From contig CP075494.1 of the NCBI GenBank assembly GCA_021613535.1, positions 4,340,001 through 4,404,000 on the forward strand: 64,000 bases of DNA, given 5' to 3'. This document shows, one piece after another, positions 1 to 13,866 of this stretch. The notes under the pieces are model-generated. The model saw only the letters and a program-made list of their open reading frames with translations. It had not been told where the DNA came from and made no database searches. The DNA is from Adineta vaga. Taxonomy: Eukaryota; Animalia; Rotifera. The position numbers and the translations under genes were made by a program. The first letter of the stretch is position 1. Each line of letters starts with the position of its first letter.

Positions 1-1303
1 ATTTTCAAGAAGGAATATATGGCTGATCATCTGCTGTTATTGATCTTATTCACTATTTTTATATTTACTTTTATACATGGAATAAGATTGATGAATACTT
101 GCATTTATAGATAATTAATAGGTTCTACTATGACTAAACAAGGTTCTACTGGTCTTACCATCACTCTAATTCAATTTATGGCAATTATCTTTAAGTAAAA
201 TCATCTTATGAATTATCTTTTCGGAGTCATCTCTTTCTTTCGATAATTTTTGTAAGTAGAAACCAACAAATATGATACATTATTCGAACAATCAGCGTTT
301 GATTATTAAACTAATAATTTTGCGTTGTTTGGCTTTTCATTGTTCATATTTACATGTTTACGAAAAATTCTTGGCGATTCCGTTCTACTCACTCATGTAG
401 AGATTCATCTATGATTACGAAATTTGTTAAAGCACATGGTTCTGGTTTTATAGTGCTGCACTATGTTACGGTTATTAATTTGAACTATGTTTTTTACGAT
501 GTCTCAACAAAATTATTCAAGCACGTTTCAAAAACTATCAAGAAGATGAAGAAATGTTTGATATAAAAAATGTAGTAGATACGGAAAAATCCACTAATAA
601 CTGTTGACAAATATTATATTGAACTGACTTTATTTGATTAATGCATACTCTTCTTTTCTTTGCCTACGCTAAAAACGCACCCTTTGACGATTAGTATCTC
701 AACTTAAATCTATTTACGATAAGTCAAATGAAATCTAATGAATGGAAAGGTGAGTGCAGACTCAAGCTTTTCTATCTTAAAATGTTATCGAATTGGTCAA
801 ATATCTAAAATTCTTAGAATATAGGTTGTCAAAATATGATTACTTCGGAAGAAATCCATTGTGTTCAGTAACGATTTCTAGGAAATATACTTTCATGGTT
901 TGCTTTACGACAAAAACAAAATGAACAAGAACATAGAAATTATTTAGTGCACAGCTTATATCGAAAGAAAACAAATGTCTTATACAATAGTATGGAACAA
1001 AAAAATATCACTTATGTCTTTGACTTAATAAAGTTAATGACATACTGATTATGACTAAGAAGCAAAAGTTTTACATGGACTAGATATTTTAGAGCTTCGC
1101 AGTTCACGGGCATGGTAAAACTTATGTTACCTATAGTGTGCATTATAGAAGAAAAGAAAGAAGAATGGAAAGTTGGAGAAAAATATAGTTCATATGAGAT
1201 GACATGTTTGACATCGAATCTTTGTGATATCCTATAATGAGCAAGGTATATTTTTAAAATTGATTCAACGTACTACTTACACGAAGATTTGAAAAGCATT
1301 GAA

Positions 1304-1981
1304 CTAGTCTGTTGATTGTATGGGAGAGCATCCCTCTAATATATGTTCTTCCTTCTGTTGAAGTGTTTCTTGTCGTCGAGTTAAATCTTTCAGTTGTCTT
1401 TCTAAATTTCGCATCGTTCGAGTATAGTTTTCTACCGCCATTTGATGGTCTAATTTGCATTTTTGAGCAAAAATAAGTCGTTGACTCAAGTCATCTAATT
1501 TAACCTGGATACATTGTCGTTCCTCTCTTGAATGTATCGCAACTAGAGGAGTAATACTGTTAGCAGAATGTATCCGTCTCATTGTATCATGATACTCAAG
1601 TTGACGATCACAGTTTTGTGCAATTAGTTCTTGTATTTGTAAATCTTTATTTGTTTCAATTTTGTTAATTGATTTCACTTTTGGATAATTGTCATCTGCC
1701 CATTCATCAACAGCCTGAGTATTGTTACATAAGATGTGAAAAGCATTTATTTGTATCAAATCATGGTTATTTTTGACAATTTTTTGAAATTGTCCGATGT
1801 CGAAAAGAGGGAAAATTGGAATAAATGTAATTTGAGAATCGTGTTTTGAATATATGTGTTGTAAACATACATCAGTGTCGTAATGACGTTCGTAGACAGT
1901 AGGGGCACAGGAAATAATAGGGTAACAACAGTCAGGTTCTAATATAATTGTCAATGGTCGCCTAGGTGGTTCATCGGACAT
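1304..1981 (-). CDS. Uncharacterised protein: receiver-like alpha/beta domain plus C-terminal coiled coil
   Basis: 225-aa ORF with an in-frame TAG two codons upstream of the ATG. The segment YDTDVCLQHI...NHDLIQINAFHILCNN...EWADDNYPKVKSI resembles the domain usually found N-terminal in bdelloid ART-TPR proteins. The C-terminus is heptad-rich (LERQLKDLTRRQETLQQKEE). Probable 5'UTR intron at 1993-2049. Confidence 0.65.
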   Translation of the reverse strand: MSDEPPRRPLTIILEPDCCYPIISCAPTVYERHYDTDVCLQHIYSKHDSQITFIPIFPLFDIGQFQKIVKNNHDLIQINAFHILCNNTQAVDEWADDNYPKVKSINKIETNKDLQIQELIAQNCDRQLEYHDTMRRIHSANSITPLVAIHSREERQCIQVKLDDLSQRLIFAQKCKLDHQMAVENYTRTMRNLERQLKDLTRRQETLQQKEEHILEGCSPIQSTD

Positions 1982-2269
1982 TTTCTAATGGACTACAATA
2001 GAAGTTAAAGCAAGAATTAATTCAAGACATGACAGAAGTGTTCACTTACATCTAGGAAGAAGTGGTACCTGTGTATTTGCTATACAAACTAATGACACAT
2101 CCCGTCTAAATAACAAGGAGCTGTAGAATCTAAAAAAAAACTAAACTGATATTTCATAATCATCAACGCATAGATAACTAGAGAAAAAAAAATCTTAGAA
2201 GCAAAAAACTCTAAAATCTTATGTTCATTTGAATAGTATAAGTTTTCTCCACAGTTAAATAAATTAACC

Positions 2270-4469
2270 TTATTCGTCTTCTTCTTCTTCTATCGGCACA
2301 CTGTTAGATACATTTTTAAGATAAGTCTGAGATTTTCGATAGTATTTTTCTGCCAGATCAAATTCACCATGTTCTATCGCTTGATCACCTGCTTGTCGAT
2401 AGTATGTCGCCAAATTATGACTTAAATGAAATTGTAATTGATCCAATGTTGTTGCCATACTTTTAGTTTTTGAATAACCAGAATATGAACCAATTAACAA
2501 AGGATTATAATCAATTATAGAGTGTACATTTTCCAGATTATCTAGTTCATGTAGTATTTCAACAGACATTAGATCGTGCGATACAACGCACATGATACAA
2601 CTTGCCTTTTCTTTTGAAGTACGAATAAAATTCATAAACGCTAGTGTATCGCTGAAAACGTTTGTTTCTTCTTGCGTAACACAATTAGGTTTTTCGGTTA
2701 CTATGTAAACAAGATTCAATATTTTTTCACTATTTTTTACCGTATTTGTTTGTTTTGCTTCTAAAAAAAGTATACAAATATTTTAGATTGTCGTATATTT
2801 GTATCAATCAAACATTACCTTCATTCAATGTTAGACGAGTGATTTTTGCTATAGTTTCATTGATTTCTGGATGATTCTCTTCTAAATTCGACTTTTGAAT
2901 ATATAAAGCATGTAGATAATATTCCAAAGCCAGTTTTGTTTCATCCACTAATGTACAAAGTGTTGCCAAGTTAAGAAAACTTGCTGTCATAGTCACATGA
3001 TTTGTTGTTGTAGTATTCAATCGTATTTTCTGTGCATTCATATAATAAGTCAATGCGGTATGATAATTATTCATTTCTTCATAGACGGAAGCTATATTTT
3101 CTATTGAATTTATTAGACTTAAACGATCTTGCTTCGAATCAATTTTCATTGCTTGATTATAATAATATAGTGCATTTTCAAATTTCTGCTCTTTTTGATA
3201 AATCATACCCATTGCCGTATAAACAGTTGATAATAAACTATTACAATTATTCAACATTTCTTTACTTTCAAGTATTCTATGATAGTAATTCAGTGCTCGT
3301 TCATAATCATCCCGTTCAAAATACACATTAGCAATCATCTGTAGTGTACGTGCAATCAGTGTATCATTAGCTGAAAATTTCAATGTTGAATTGTAAGTCT
3401 CCAGTGCAAAATCGATTTCACCATGACGATAATATTGACCGCCAATATCAAAACAAAATCGTGCTATATCTTCATATTTCTCTTTGGTAAGTAGAAGTGG
3501 CGCGATTTGTTTGATGTATGTATCAGCTGTTTTATATTCACCTAAGTAAAAAAGAAGACGTCCAAACAGTAATTCCGAAGAATTTTCTTTCATTTCACGT
3601 TTTGCAACATCGACATAATTATCAACCAATTGTGTATGCTTACTAGTATTACATAACTTCACAGTCCAAATATTTTCGTTTGATTCAACATTTGTAATTA
3701 CAAATACAGTTGAGAAAGCAAATAGAAATTCTTTTTCATTTAAATTTATACTATATCCTTCAACATCAGCAAAAATTGTCGAATGTACATCAAGACTACA
3801 GTTAATTTCATAGATAATTGGATATGTATCACCATCATTGTCCGCAACTTGATAAGCTTCAATATAATTTAAAGCAATATTTCTATCACGAGTAGTTGAC
3901 ATGAATGTATTTAATGAAATAAAACTACCGATATTCGCTTTTAATTTTTCCAGATCATTCGATTGTATTCGAGCGCCACGATATAGAGTAACCATGGATG
4001 ATGCTAACTTTTTCGGAGCGGCAGTCGATAATTGTTCAAGTTGAGTTTGTAGATCGATAATAAGCGATTTAAAAGTATATAAGATATCAATATCACGTGT
4101 TCTTATTGCGTTATTCAGAAGACGGTAGATAGATACATTTTTTGTATACCAATAGATAGCATTTGTCGGACTATAATGTTTTTGAAATTCATCCAATGCA
4201 CAATTGTCATCATCTCTGTCAACATATTTTCTAATCTTATTAGAGATATCTGTCGAGTTATTGATATTGTCCACTGTATAAGAATCACATTGTACATCTT
4301 TTACTAAACTTGATAATAATCGATACCAGATGAATAATGCTGATTCTCTTGTTAAATGTAGTGATGATTGTGATTGCAAATTGAGTAAGGAGAAGCCAGA
4401 AGAAAACTTTTTATCCAAACCATCATGATCTTGTATCGATTCAGAATTATTATTTAAGACATCAATCAT
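2270..4469 (-). CDS. NAD:arginine-type (R-S-E clade) ADP-ribosyltransferase + TPR repeats + C-terminal receiver-like domain, ~713 aa, 2 exons
   Basis: ART motifs LYRG, FMSTT and NEKEFLF, then about 6 TPR-like repeats. A 58-bp intron at 2761-2818 (GTAATG...TTTTTAG) joins ORF 2808-4469 in frame to ORF 2270-2719 (1651+491 nt = 714 codons). An acceptor-like site near 4493 suggests a possible further 5' exon. Confidence 0.85.
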
Positions 4470-5863
4470 TTTGCTTTGATATTTCTTACTATCTATTTAA
4501 ATATAAATAAAATAACGCGCTTTGCAAAGTCAAATAGAAAGAGGAAGTTGGAGAAAGAAAAAAGAAAGCCTTTAAGTATTATACTTTTGTTGGAAAAAAC
4601 CAACGTCAGCTTGTGAAAATAAGTTTTTTCATTCTGTCCTCTATAGCATCTATATCGATGAGTCATATACACATTCATCCTTTCAAAATCGGAATCAAAT
4701 AATAATAAATGAATTCTTTAATACGTTCACTTCACATAGTAGCGTAGAATTAGTCTTTCGTATGAAGTATGAATTACCATAATTTCATATCTATTGATTT
4801 AAATAATCATTAAAAGCTCCACTCGAACCGAATGGATATTCTGCATGAATCTGGAGTATGAACTTGACAAAATTGGAAAAGTGGATCACTCAAAAAAGGA
4901 CATGATACCGTACAGTAGATGTAATGAATATATTGTACAACAGAGATTCTATTGGTTTCCTGTGAAATTATTCTTTTACTATTTATATTTGAAAAGAAGA
5001 AACAATAGAATTTTTAATTCAAATTCTACAATTCATACAGAACGGATATTTTTTATTTTATTTTTATTTTACCTGTAAAAAAAATTGTTAGTTCTTGTAA
5101 ACAACATCAGAAAACATTCTACAAGGCGTAGGTGTGGGTTTAGATGGAACCAATATACATGCACTCTCAAGACAATCAGATCACAAGTAGTAGTCAGAAA
5201 ATTCTACAATCCGTAAATCAATTTAATTTTGTTGCTTTCGAAACATACTATCAAAGTACTTGTGCTCTATTTAATTTCGTATAAATAGAGAACAGATATG
5301 AAAGAAAATACTTTTGGAGGAAACCAATATAGTTTCTTTTGTAAAAAAAATTCATTATATACATAGTATGGTATTGTGTACTTTTCTTTGTTAACCTATT
5401 TTGCTGATTTCTTGCAGGCTGAATTCAATGTTTTCGTTCTCATTCGAAATACATTCATAGGCTGTCGTACATTAGTAAGAACATTCAAGATATGCAACTA
5501 CCGCGCATCTCTGTGGCTCCCTTTCGGCCTCGTGTTCAGCGCGTAAATCCAAACAGAAACTCATTAGTCTCTGAGAAAAATATTGTAAATCCATCATTTG
5601 CACCGGTCAGTTGTTATGTTTAGTTAAAACTATTTTATTGATTTCTATTTCGTATTCTCTAGTCAACGATTGCTGAAAAAAACACTGATAAAGGGTGTAC
5701 ACTGGGAGAAATGGAAAATTTCTCGACGAATAGCAAACAATCACAAAGACGACGAAAACGTAAAACGTAAGGTCATGGACTGAATCGTAATAGTCGATAG
5801 TTCCACCTAATATAGGCATGAAAAGTATAAGAAATAGCGACTTCTATATTGAACATAATTACT

Positions 5864-7453
5864 ATGAATAAAACAAAAATCAATGGGAGTGATCTAATAA
5901 TCTACGAAAAGGTTCTATTCTATTTCTTTATTTTATTCACCAAATATAGGGCTTATCCATTACGTCGAGTATGTTGCTTACTTTGTTCAAGCTTGATATG
6001 TGCTCTTCTATTATGTGGACTTGCTGGTCTTATCCTTGAGTTGGATTTATGTGAGTACTGTATTTTTCTTCTCATACTTTACTTATATTTTTGTTCTATG
6101 AACTGACGACAATAGTAAAAACAACTACTTTATCGACTACAGCAACAAGTAAGTGAGCTTTTCAGAATACTAATAAAGAAATATCAAGAATTCGAATTTT
6201 CTCGCATCGATTATAAAATCTATTTCTCTTTCATTTATGTATAGCTGTGACAACAGCGACGACTACTACAGCAACAAGTGAGATACAAAACTGCTAGATA
6301 CATATTAGAAATTCATACGAACTCTAACTAAACCGATATTCTAGCCTCGACATCGACATCCACCAGCACCTCAACTTCAACGTCGACCTCAACTACTACG
6401 ACAACAAGTAAGATACAAAATTGCCAGATACTTATAAAGAATTCACAGAAGTCTTAATTAAATTACTATTCCAGCCTCGACATCCACATCGACCAGCACT
6501 TCATCTTCAACTTCGACTTCGACCACTACAACAACAAGTAAAATATCCCAAACTTCAACATGTCTACTATTATTCACTATTCTAGCTTCAACATCGTCAA
6601 CTAGCAGCACGAGTTCTACTTCCACAACAAGTACGTAAAAAATATCTTTGAAAAACATGAATGCACATCCAATCATTTATGGATAAACATTTACTAAGTA
6701 TATATATATGCCTATTAATAGGTACTACAGCAACAACCAGCACAACATCAAAAACAACTACGACTACTAGTAATATTTTGTTTTATGAGATCATTATTAA
6801 GCAAAGTCTATTACTAATTTTAGCTAGTACAGCAACAACTTCAACAAGTACAACAAGTAAGTATTACGAGCTTGTATGAGTGCTTATCGAATGCATAGAA
6901 CTTTTCTATTATTCTAGCAACGACAACAACCGGTAAGTAACTTAAAATGTGAGGTGAGTTTTATGTCTTACTCTATATTATAGTATCTCACTGTGCAAAA
7001 AGTGGCTTGGGTAGTCTTTTGACTCAGAGTGGAGCAACTAGTTGGTACCAGTTTTCATACACTTATGTAGCAACGAGCACAACACCTGTTCTTCAATTTA
7101 CATTTAACAATGGTCCAGCGGACTGTTCTTACCTAGATGACGTTTCTGTTACCAATAACAATACACCTTCTGTAGAGCTGCTTGACAATCGTAGTTTTGA
7201 AAATTCAACAGCATCAGCAGTCGGTTGGACAACGACAAATACAGCTTCATGTTCAAGTGGTACGCAAGGACAAGTGATTAATAGTGGTTGTCATTCATCT
7301 TCAGGTACTAATTGCTACAAGGATAAATGTCAGAGTGGATACGAACATGTGTCTCAATCCTTTACTGCAACTATTGGAGATTCGTACATCATCTCGTTTT
7401 GGTTGGATCAAACAGGAGGACAAGCTGGTTGCTTTTATGTTGATGTTACTTAA
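5864..7453 (+). CDS. Membrane-anchored Thr/Ser-stalk protein with C-terminal carbohydrate-binding-module-like jelly-roll domain (multi-micro-exon; 5' structure uncertain)
   Basis: Hydrophobic segment VCCLLCSSLICALLLCGLAGLIL. Phase-1 Thr/Ser micro-exons at 6245-6277, 6345-6407, 6475-6537, 6586-6630, 6722-6769, 6824-6856 and 6918-6932. Terminal exon 6984-7453 carries YLDDVSV and LLDNRSFE...GW motifs. Splice sites near 5912-5949 and 6100 do not resolve cleanly. Confidence 0.6.
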
Positions 7454-7697
7454 GAGAGAAGTATATGTCTTACCTATAACATGACTTCTGACAAAACAGA
7501 AAATAGAATTCTATTCTAACTAATGACTCTGTCCAAAATTTTTCTCCTTCAGTTTTGAACTTCAAACTCTTTGATATTTTGTAATTAATCCACAGTTTTG
7601 ATGAAACAATTAAGTTTTTATTTTTAGTATAAAAACATCGAAGAAAGCAATGATTGTCTTATTAAAACTTTTGAAGATAAATGTTTATTCTTCATCC

Positions 7698-9449
7698 TCA
7701 CTCGCATTCAAAATTCAATCGTTTTTCTAAACGTATATTGACAGCTTCTGGTGCAATAATAAATTTTTCTGTTAAAATCATGCCTTCTTTGAATTTATCA
7801 CCGGGTTGAATTGTATACAAACGTAAAAGACGTACTAAACACATTTTCAATTCCATTAATGCAAATCGCATTCCTACACAATTTCGAGGTCCCATACCAA
7901 ACGATAGATATGCAAGAGGATGACGTTTCACAGAGTGTCGTTCTGGATCGAAAACATTCGGATCTTGTGGACCCCAAAGATCAGCATTGTAATGAATAGA
8001 ATAAACATCAGGTAGAATCACACAACCTAAATAAATTTGATTTATCATAATTTCTTAACGAAAATTTTATCACATGTCGATTACTAATTACCTTTATCAA
8101 TCTGATGACCACCGATATTCACTGACGCATTACTTTCTCGATTAATTGCTTGAGTTGATATGCCATACATTCGAAGAACTTCTCGTACAAACATATCCAT
8201 ATATGTCATATTGGCTATAATATCATAATCAAGATTATCAATATCATCATTCCAAATTTCATCGATTTCCATTTGTAATTTATTCTGAACATCAGGTGTG
8301 GTTGCCAAAGCAAACGTTGCAAATGCTAGAGCATTTGAAGTTGTTTCAAAGCCGGCAAGCATAAATAGAAAAGCATTAAGTACAACTTCATTAGAATGCA
8401 ATTTTTTCGATGACAATTCCTCCGATGTATCATCCTATAGAAGAATTAAATATTGATAAAGCAATCTCCAAGTGACTTTTAATATAATCTGACCTTAATC
8501 TCGTCTTGTGTTGATGCATCTAACATTAACTGAAGTAAATCTGTACGTTTATTTTCAGATGTCAATCTTTTCTTTAGAACTTCTTCTAATCGTTCAATCA
8601 GCCATACTGCAGGAATATCATCATTTTCGAATGTCGTATTTGATATGCATTTTCGAATTGTTTTTTTCACAAGCAGACCAATTTTAAAAATTTGAGTTAA
8701 TAATGGAATGAGAAATGGCATTACATTTGATAATTTAACGATGAACAATTTCTCAATATCAATTTCAAAGCAAGCAATAGACTTTTTCATATAAACATTG
8801 TCTATATCGTTTTGCATATCTGTATCAATACCAAATGCACAACCACCTAGAATACAGTCGATCGGTTCGTTTCAGAGAATTAATCTTAAAAATCATACTT
8901 ACATATAACATCCATAGTCATTCGTTTATATAATGCATAGATATTAAATTCTTCGCCATTCGTATCGTTTATTTTGTTCATGAAAGATTCAATACATTGA
9001 TTTATTAATGGTGTCATCATTTTCAATTTTGCTGCTGAAAACGTTGGATTGATAACATGTCGTTGGCGTCGCCATTGATCTGCTTGAGCAGAGAATAGAT
9101 GTCCTCGGTTACCTTTGATACTACGCGTGATAAAAGGTCGTCGACGTGAATGGAACGATGAAAATTGTTTTATAAAAACTTCTTGCAGAAAATCTACATC
9201 AGATACAACATACACTGGACGTGTTCCTTCGAATAGACCATAAATACTGCCGTATTCTTTAGTCCATTTCTGAATTTGACGTGAATAAAATGGTACATTC
9301 CAAAGTGTTAGATAATGTCCAAAAAAGAATTGAGGTAATGGACCAGGAATATTTCGACGTACAAAATAATCATAACGAGATTTTAACGTATATAAATAAG
9401 TAATAATCAAACAGATAACAATCGTAAGTAGAATAATAGCGATAAACAT
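7698..9449 (-). CDS. Cytochrome P450, CYP3 clan, 4 exons
   Basis: N-terminal TM and PGPLP hinge, C-helix WRRQR, I-helix AGFETTS, K-helix EVLR, PERH, heme motif FGMGPRNCVG. First intron 8847-8902 restores DVICGCAFGIDTDMQ. Confidence 0.93.
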
Positions 9450-10425
9450 ACTATACTTTACTTGCGCATGTCAACATAAACACAACTAAAATGTGCCAAT
9501 GTAAAAGTATTCGATGCATGGTTCTTTTTTTTTTCTTTCGTTCTGTTTTTGTCATAAAACGAACGCACATGAAACGATTAACTATAGAACGATAACAACT
9601 TGCATACGACATGTATTTTATTCAAACAAGTGAAAGATATCTATCATTATTGCTGTATATATCTGAAATTTTGATTGTCCAGTAAACAAAGAACTTTTCT
9701 ATGTAATGAAAGAAAAATCTAAAAATAAAATAGAAAGATCTACTAGCAAAATATTGAAATACATATAATAATTACAATATATCTTTAAAAAAGTGATGTC
9801 AAAAGGTATTACCTAGTGCATTTAGTTTTGTGACAAAACTATTTTCTTTCAAAGCCAACCAAATGCGTAAAAACATTAGTGTTAACAGTTTTGGGATACT
9901 AGAGATATGAGTTTTTTCGTCGCTTGTACAATGGACAGCTATAAGAGCGAGGTAACAAAATCGTTAAGTTCAAATTTTTTCAGTGAGAAGAGTTGCAGAA
10001 AAAAGTGGGTATGGTGTCTCATTTGATTAAATAGTAATGACGCATTACAAAGCATATTTATTTTGTTATCTAGCTTTTAATATGTCTATGTTCCTAATAA
10101 ATTGTAACAGATGCATAACTAGTCTCCAAGAAAATATGAAAACCATCGATAAGTAAACCACTAGATCGGTAAATGATGCCTGTAACCTCCTTCGAATTTA
10201 TCGGGATCTCGTAGTTGGGGAAAACTATCAACGAATAGTTCACGACAAATATTTAATAAAGTCTTGAGAAGTAAAGGTATGTGTAAAACAACATTTACAC
10301 CTCATAAATTTTAGAATAAAGAAGATTTCTATTTGATATAAGAGATTCATATTCAGCTCTATTGAACTGTAATATTTTCATTATTTATTTCAATATTATG
10401 TATAAAAATTTTAAAAAATATCAAT

Positions 10426-11526
10426 TTAAAATACTGCATCACTTTGAGTTAATGGATGTTCAATAAGCCAACGATGAGTCGCTCTTGTACTTGGATGTCG
10501 TTGCAAACAATGATGAAGAATATTTTGAACAAGAGTTGATTGAGTTGGGTGAATACCTGATGGTGGTCGTGAACTTTCATAGACAGGACTTTTCCCATAA
10601 GTTAAATAATATAAAATAGCCCCTATTGACCAGATATCAGCTTTTGATGTTATAGGCATTTGATGTGAAAAACATTCTGGTGCACTGTAAGGATGACTAC
10701 CACCTCGTTGATGTGGATTATATCTACAAAGCAAAGATGAAGAGTGAATAAATACGTAGAATAATAGAAACTTTACTGTGAAAATGCATCTTGAGCTATA
10801 CCAAAATCAACAAGTTTTAATGTTGAACCAAAGAATACTAAATTAGCTGGTTTTAAATCACGATGAACCTATTGAAAGAAAAAAAAACAATTCCTTCTAG
10901 AGATAAACTATATGATTTACTATATGATTTCGATGAAGTGCGCAAATAATATTAACTAATTGAATCCAAATATCTTTTCTTTGAAATGCTGAAATATAAT
11001 CATAACCATTTCGAGATGATTTATGATGCATTTGATGAAAATATTGAATTTGATCTTTAAATGTTGTATTTCCTAATTCCATTACAATATAACCCATTTG
11101 TTTTTGTCGATCAATATCAAATGTATACAAAGTAACAATATAATCTATTTCATTTTTCAATCGACTAATCATTCTAACTTCATTTTCAAATGAATTCATA
11201 CGTTGATTGGAATTAATATTATTTCTTGAATGATTAAAATCAAATATTTTCACTGCAGCATAATAACCTAGAAATTTCATAAATCTCATATTTATCGACT
11301 GAGAAAAGAACTGTAAATACCGTCTCGTGTTTTAGATTTCCACACAGATGCGAATTTTCCTTGACCTAACTGATCAAGTAATGTATATGATTCATCTTGA
11401 ATATAAACTGTTTGCTTTCGAAGCCAACCGTCTTGTGGTGGAATTCGACGAGGAAAATCTATATGATCAAAAAACCAAAGATCAAATATCGATAAGAAAA
11501 AGCCACCATTAGTTTTACATACTCAT
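10426..11526 (-). CDS. Ser/Thr protein kinase, kinase-domain-only, Mps1/TTK-like
   Basis: Spliced reading gives LGQGKFASVW, AAVKIF, YIVMELG, HRDLKPANL, LKLVDFGIA, YSAPE, KADIWSIG and YLTYGKSP across 5 exons. Confidence 0.85.
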
Positions 11527-12533
11527 ATATTGAGTTTGATATATCGTATAGACGTTAGCTTTAATTTGTTTATCAATATGTGTGCAAATATGAAAAATGA
11601 CAGTTAAATATAAGGAAGAGTCATACGTGACCGAGGAAGACGAACGAAACAAATCAGATGTATACACATGTCATGATTTTGCATATCATTTGGTCATGTC
11701 TTCGTAGGCGAGATGAAATATTAGCAAACTTCCTAGGTAAAATCAAATTGCTTATTTTTTAATAATTCGTATAATTACATTACTTGGAAAAAAAACCTTT
11801 TCTTTAATAAATGCGAAATAATATAAAATATTTACATTGAAAATACATATTGAAATTAAAAAAAGTGATTTGCTACGTCTATTCTAGAGTTATGAGCAAT
11901 AGTAAAACATCTGTCTCTCAGCAACCCATGCCATTTACTTTTATATTATCGAACAGATATGTGGAACAGATTCTCAGCATTTGGATTATTCATACAAGAA
12001 CATTTTCTTGTCCTATTTGTCAAAGTTCATAAAAATGTAGAGCTTCTATAAAAATGCAGATTAAGATAATGTGAAGTTAATACTTTCTTTTAATCATGGA
12101 GGGACATCCTTCCATTATAGGGAATAAGCAGCACGTTGACGTCATTTACTTTTACCTCATACTATGTTCTGATATTTTTTTCATCGAATAAAGTGTATCT
12201 GAGGGTGTGAATATCTAAGTATGATAAATTATGTACGAAAGATACAATTATTTAAACTAAAGAAGAAAACGCTTTTTTTTCTTCAATAATAATAATCTCT
12301 GAATTTATGCATGTTGTTAATTGAATAAAAAAAATCTTCATTCATTGAAATAAAATCACAGTTATTTAAAGAAAAACGTAATCCAAAAATTATGAAAATA
12401 ATAATCTGATAAATTATAATGAAGAATAGAGGATTGATCTACGTCATTGGATTTTATTTTATACGTGTTAATCTTCTAACAGCTTTGAGTGAGTATAAAA
12501 ATGTTCATTTCATTTCAATATTAATTCATTACA

Positions 12534-13631
12534 ATGTCAATGAATACAACGACAAGTAATATCGTTTCATCACAAATATCTAACACAGTTATTGTTCTTA
12601 ATATATTATCAAAGAATTATGTGGTTCATCTTCCATTAATATTAATAATTTTCGGTGTTATTGGATTTATTGGTAATGCTTTAACATACCTTCAATCAGA
12701 ACTTCGATCGAATCCATGTTGCATATACTCATTTTGTAGTTCCATTGCCGATATTATAAATCTTATTTACAATTTATTACCATCCTATTTAAGTGGAGCT
12801 TATGGAATATATATTCCATGGTTTAGATTGCCAAATATGTGCAAGTTTTTTATTTTTTGTCTTGGATTTATACCTCATTTATCAATTAATTTTTTATTAA
12901 TGTCAATTATTGATCGATATGCTTGCACATGTAGTTTAACATCTCGAATACGTCGTCTCAATCAAATCAAAATGGTTCCATGGTTGATTATTATTACGAT
13001 TCTCACGAGTTTTATTTCTTCAATTCGAACTTTAATTCTGTATGAATATCGAACTGGAAGAGGATGTGTAGCCACAAACACATTATTGAATAATATCCTC
13101 TATGCCATAATTAATGGTACAATACAACCAGTGACAATGCTCATCTTTGTTCTACTCACTTTTCGAAATGTTCATAAGAGTCGTCAAAGAGTTGTAAGTG
13201 TATCTGTTCTTCAAAAAAAAAGAATAACCATTTCATTTATATTTGCTTAGGCGGGAATGGGTATATCACAGTCTCATCGAACGCGAAATCAATTTATTAG
13301 CTTGATTTTAGTACAAATATTGGTAACAGGTATAATATCATTACAATGGATAATCATGTATCTCTATTATTTAATACCTGTTACTGTTCCAAGAACATCG
13401 GAACAACAAACAATTGTTAATTTTATTTATTCTTTATCGAATTGTTGTTATTATCTAAACAATGTTAAATCATTTTATTTGTCAATAGCAACATCACATT
13501 TATTTCGTCAAACATTCATCAAAGCCTTAATAAGATTATTACCACGAAATCAACGTCAACGATGGCAACTAACTCAAACAAATGTTCAGATGATGACTTT
13601 AACGAAAATAAATCCACATCGTATAACATGA
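12534..13631 (+). CDS. Orphan rhodopsin-family GPCR
   Basis: GFIGN in TM1, LRSNPC, IIDRY, 7 hydrophobic segments; one intron at ~13194-13250. Confidence 0.88.
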
Positions 13632-13866
13632 TGTACAGTGAAAACAATATATCAAGTATAATTTAAAAGACCTTATATTACTCTAATCTATATGTTGTTC
13701 GTATCATCAATATAACGGTTTCTGTACCACAATATAAAAATTTGGGAGATAGTATATACGTATATTTTTATGCTTCTCAAATAAACCATCACTATACTGT
13801 ATTTTCTTCGTCTTCCATATAATATTCAGCCTATACGATATTACTAAGTCAGAGATTATACACATC

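Noticed and set aside
1-566. Possible decayed membrane-protein gene and 70-aa ORF
   Set aside because: Stops in all frames and no motif I can assign.
6458-6676. Val/Glu-rich minus-strand ORF
   Set aside because: Antisense shadow of the Thr/Ser micro-exons.
6245-6932. Regularly spaced repeats superficially resembling a CRISPR array
   Set aside because: The units are GT-AG-bounded coding micro-exons in a eukaryotic gene; the repeats are not identical and there are no cas genes.
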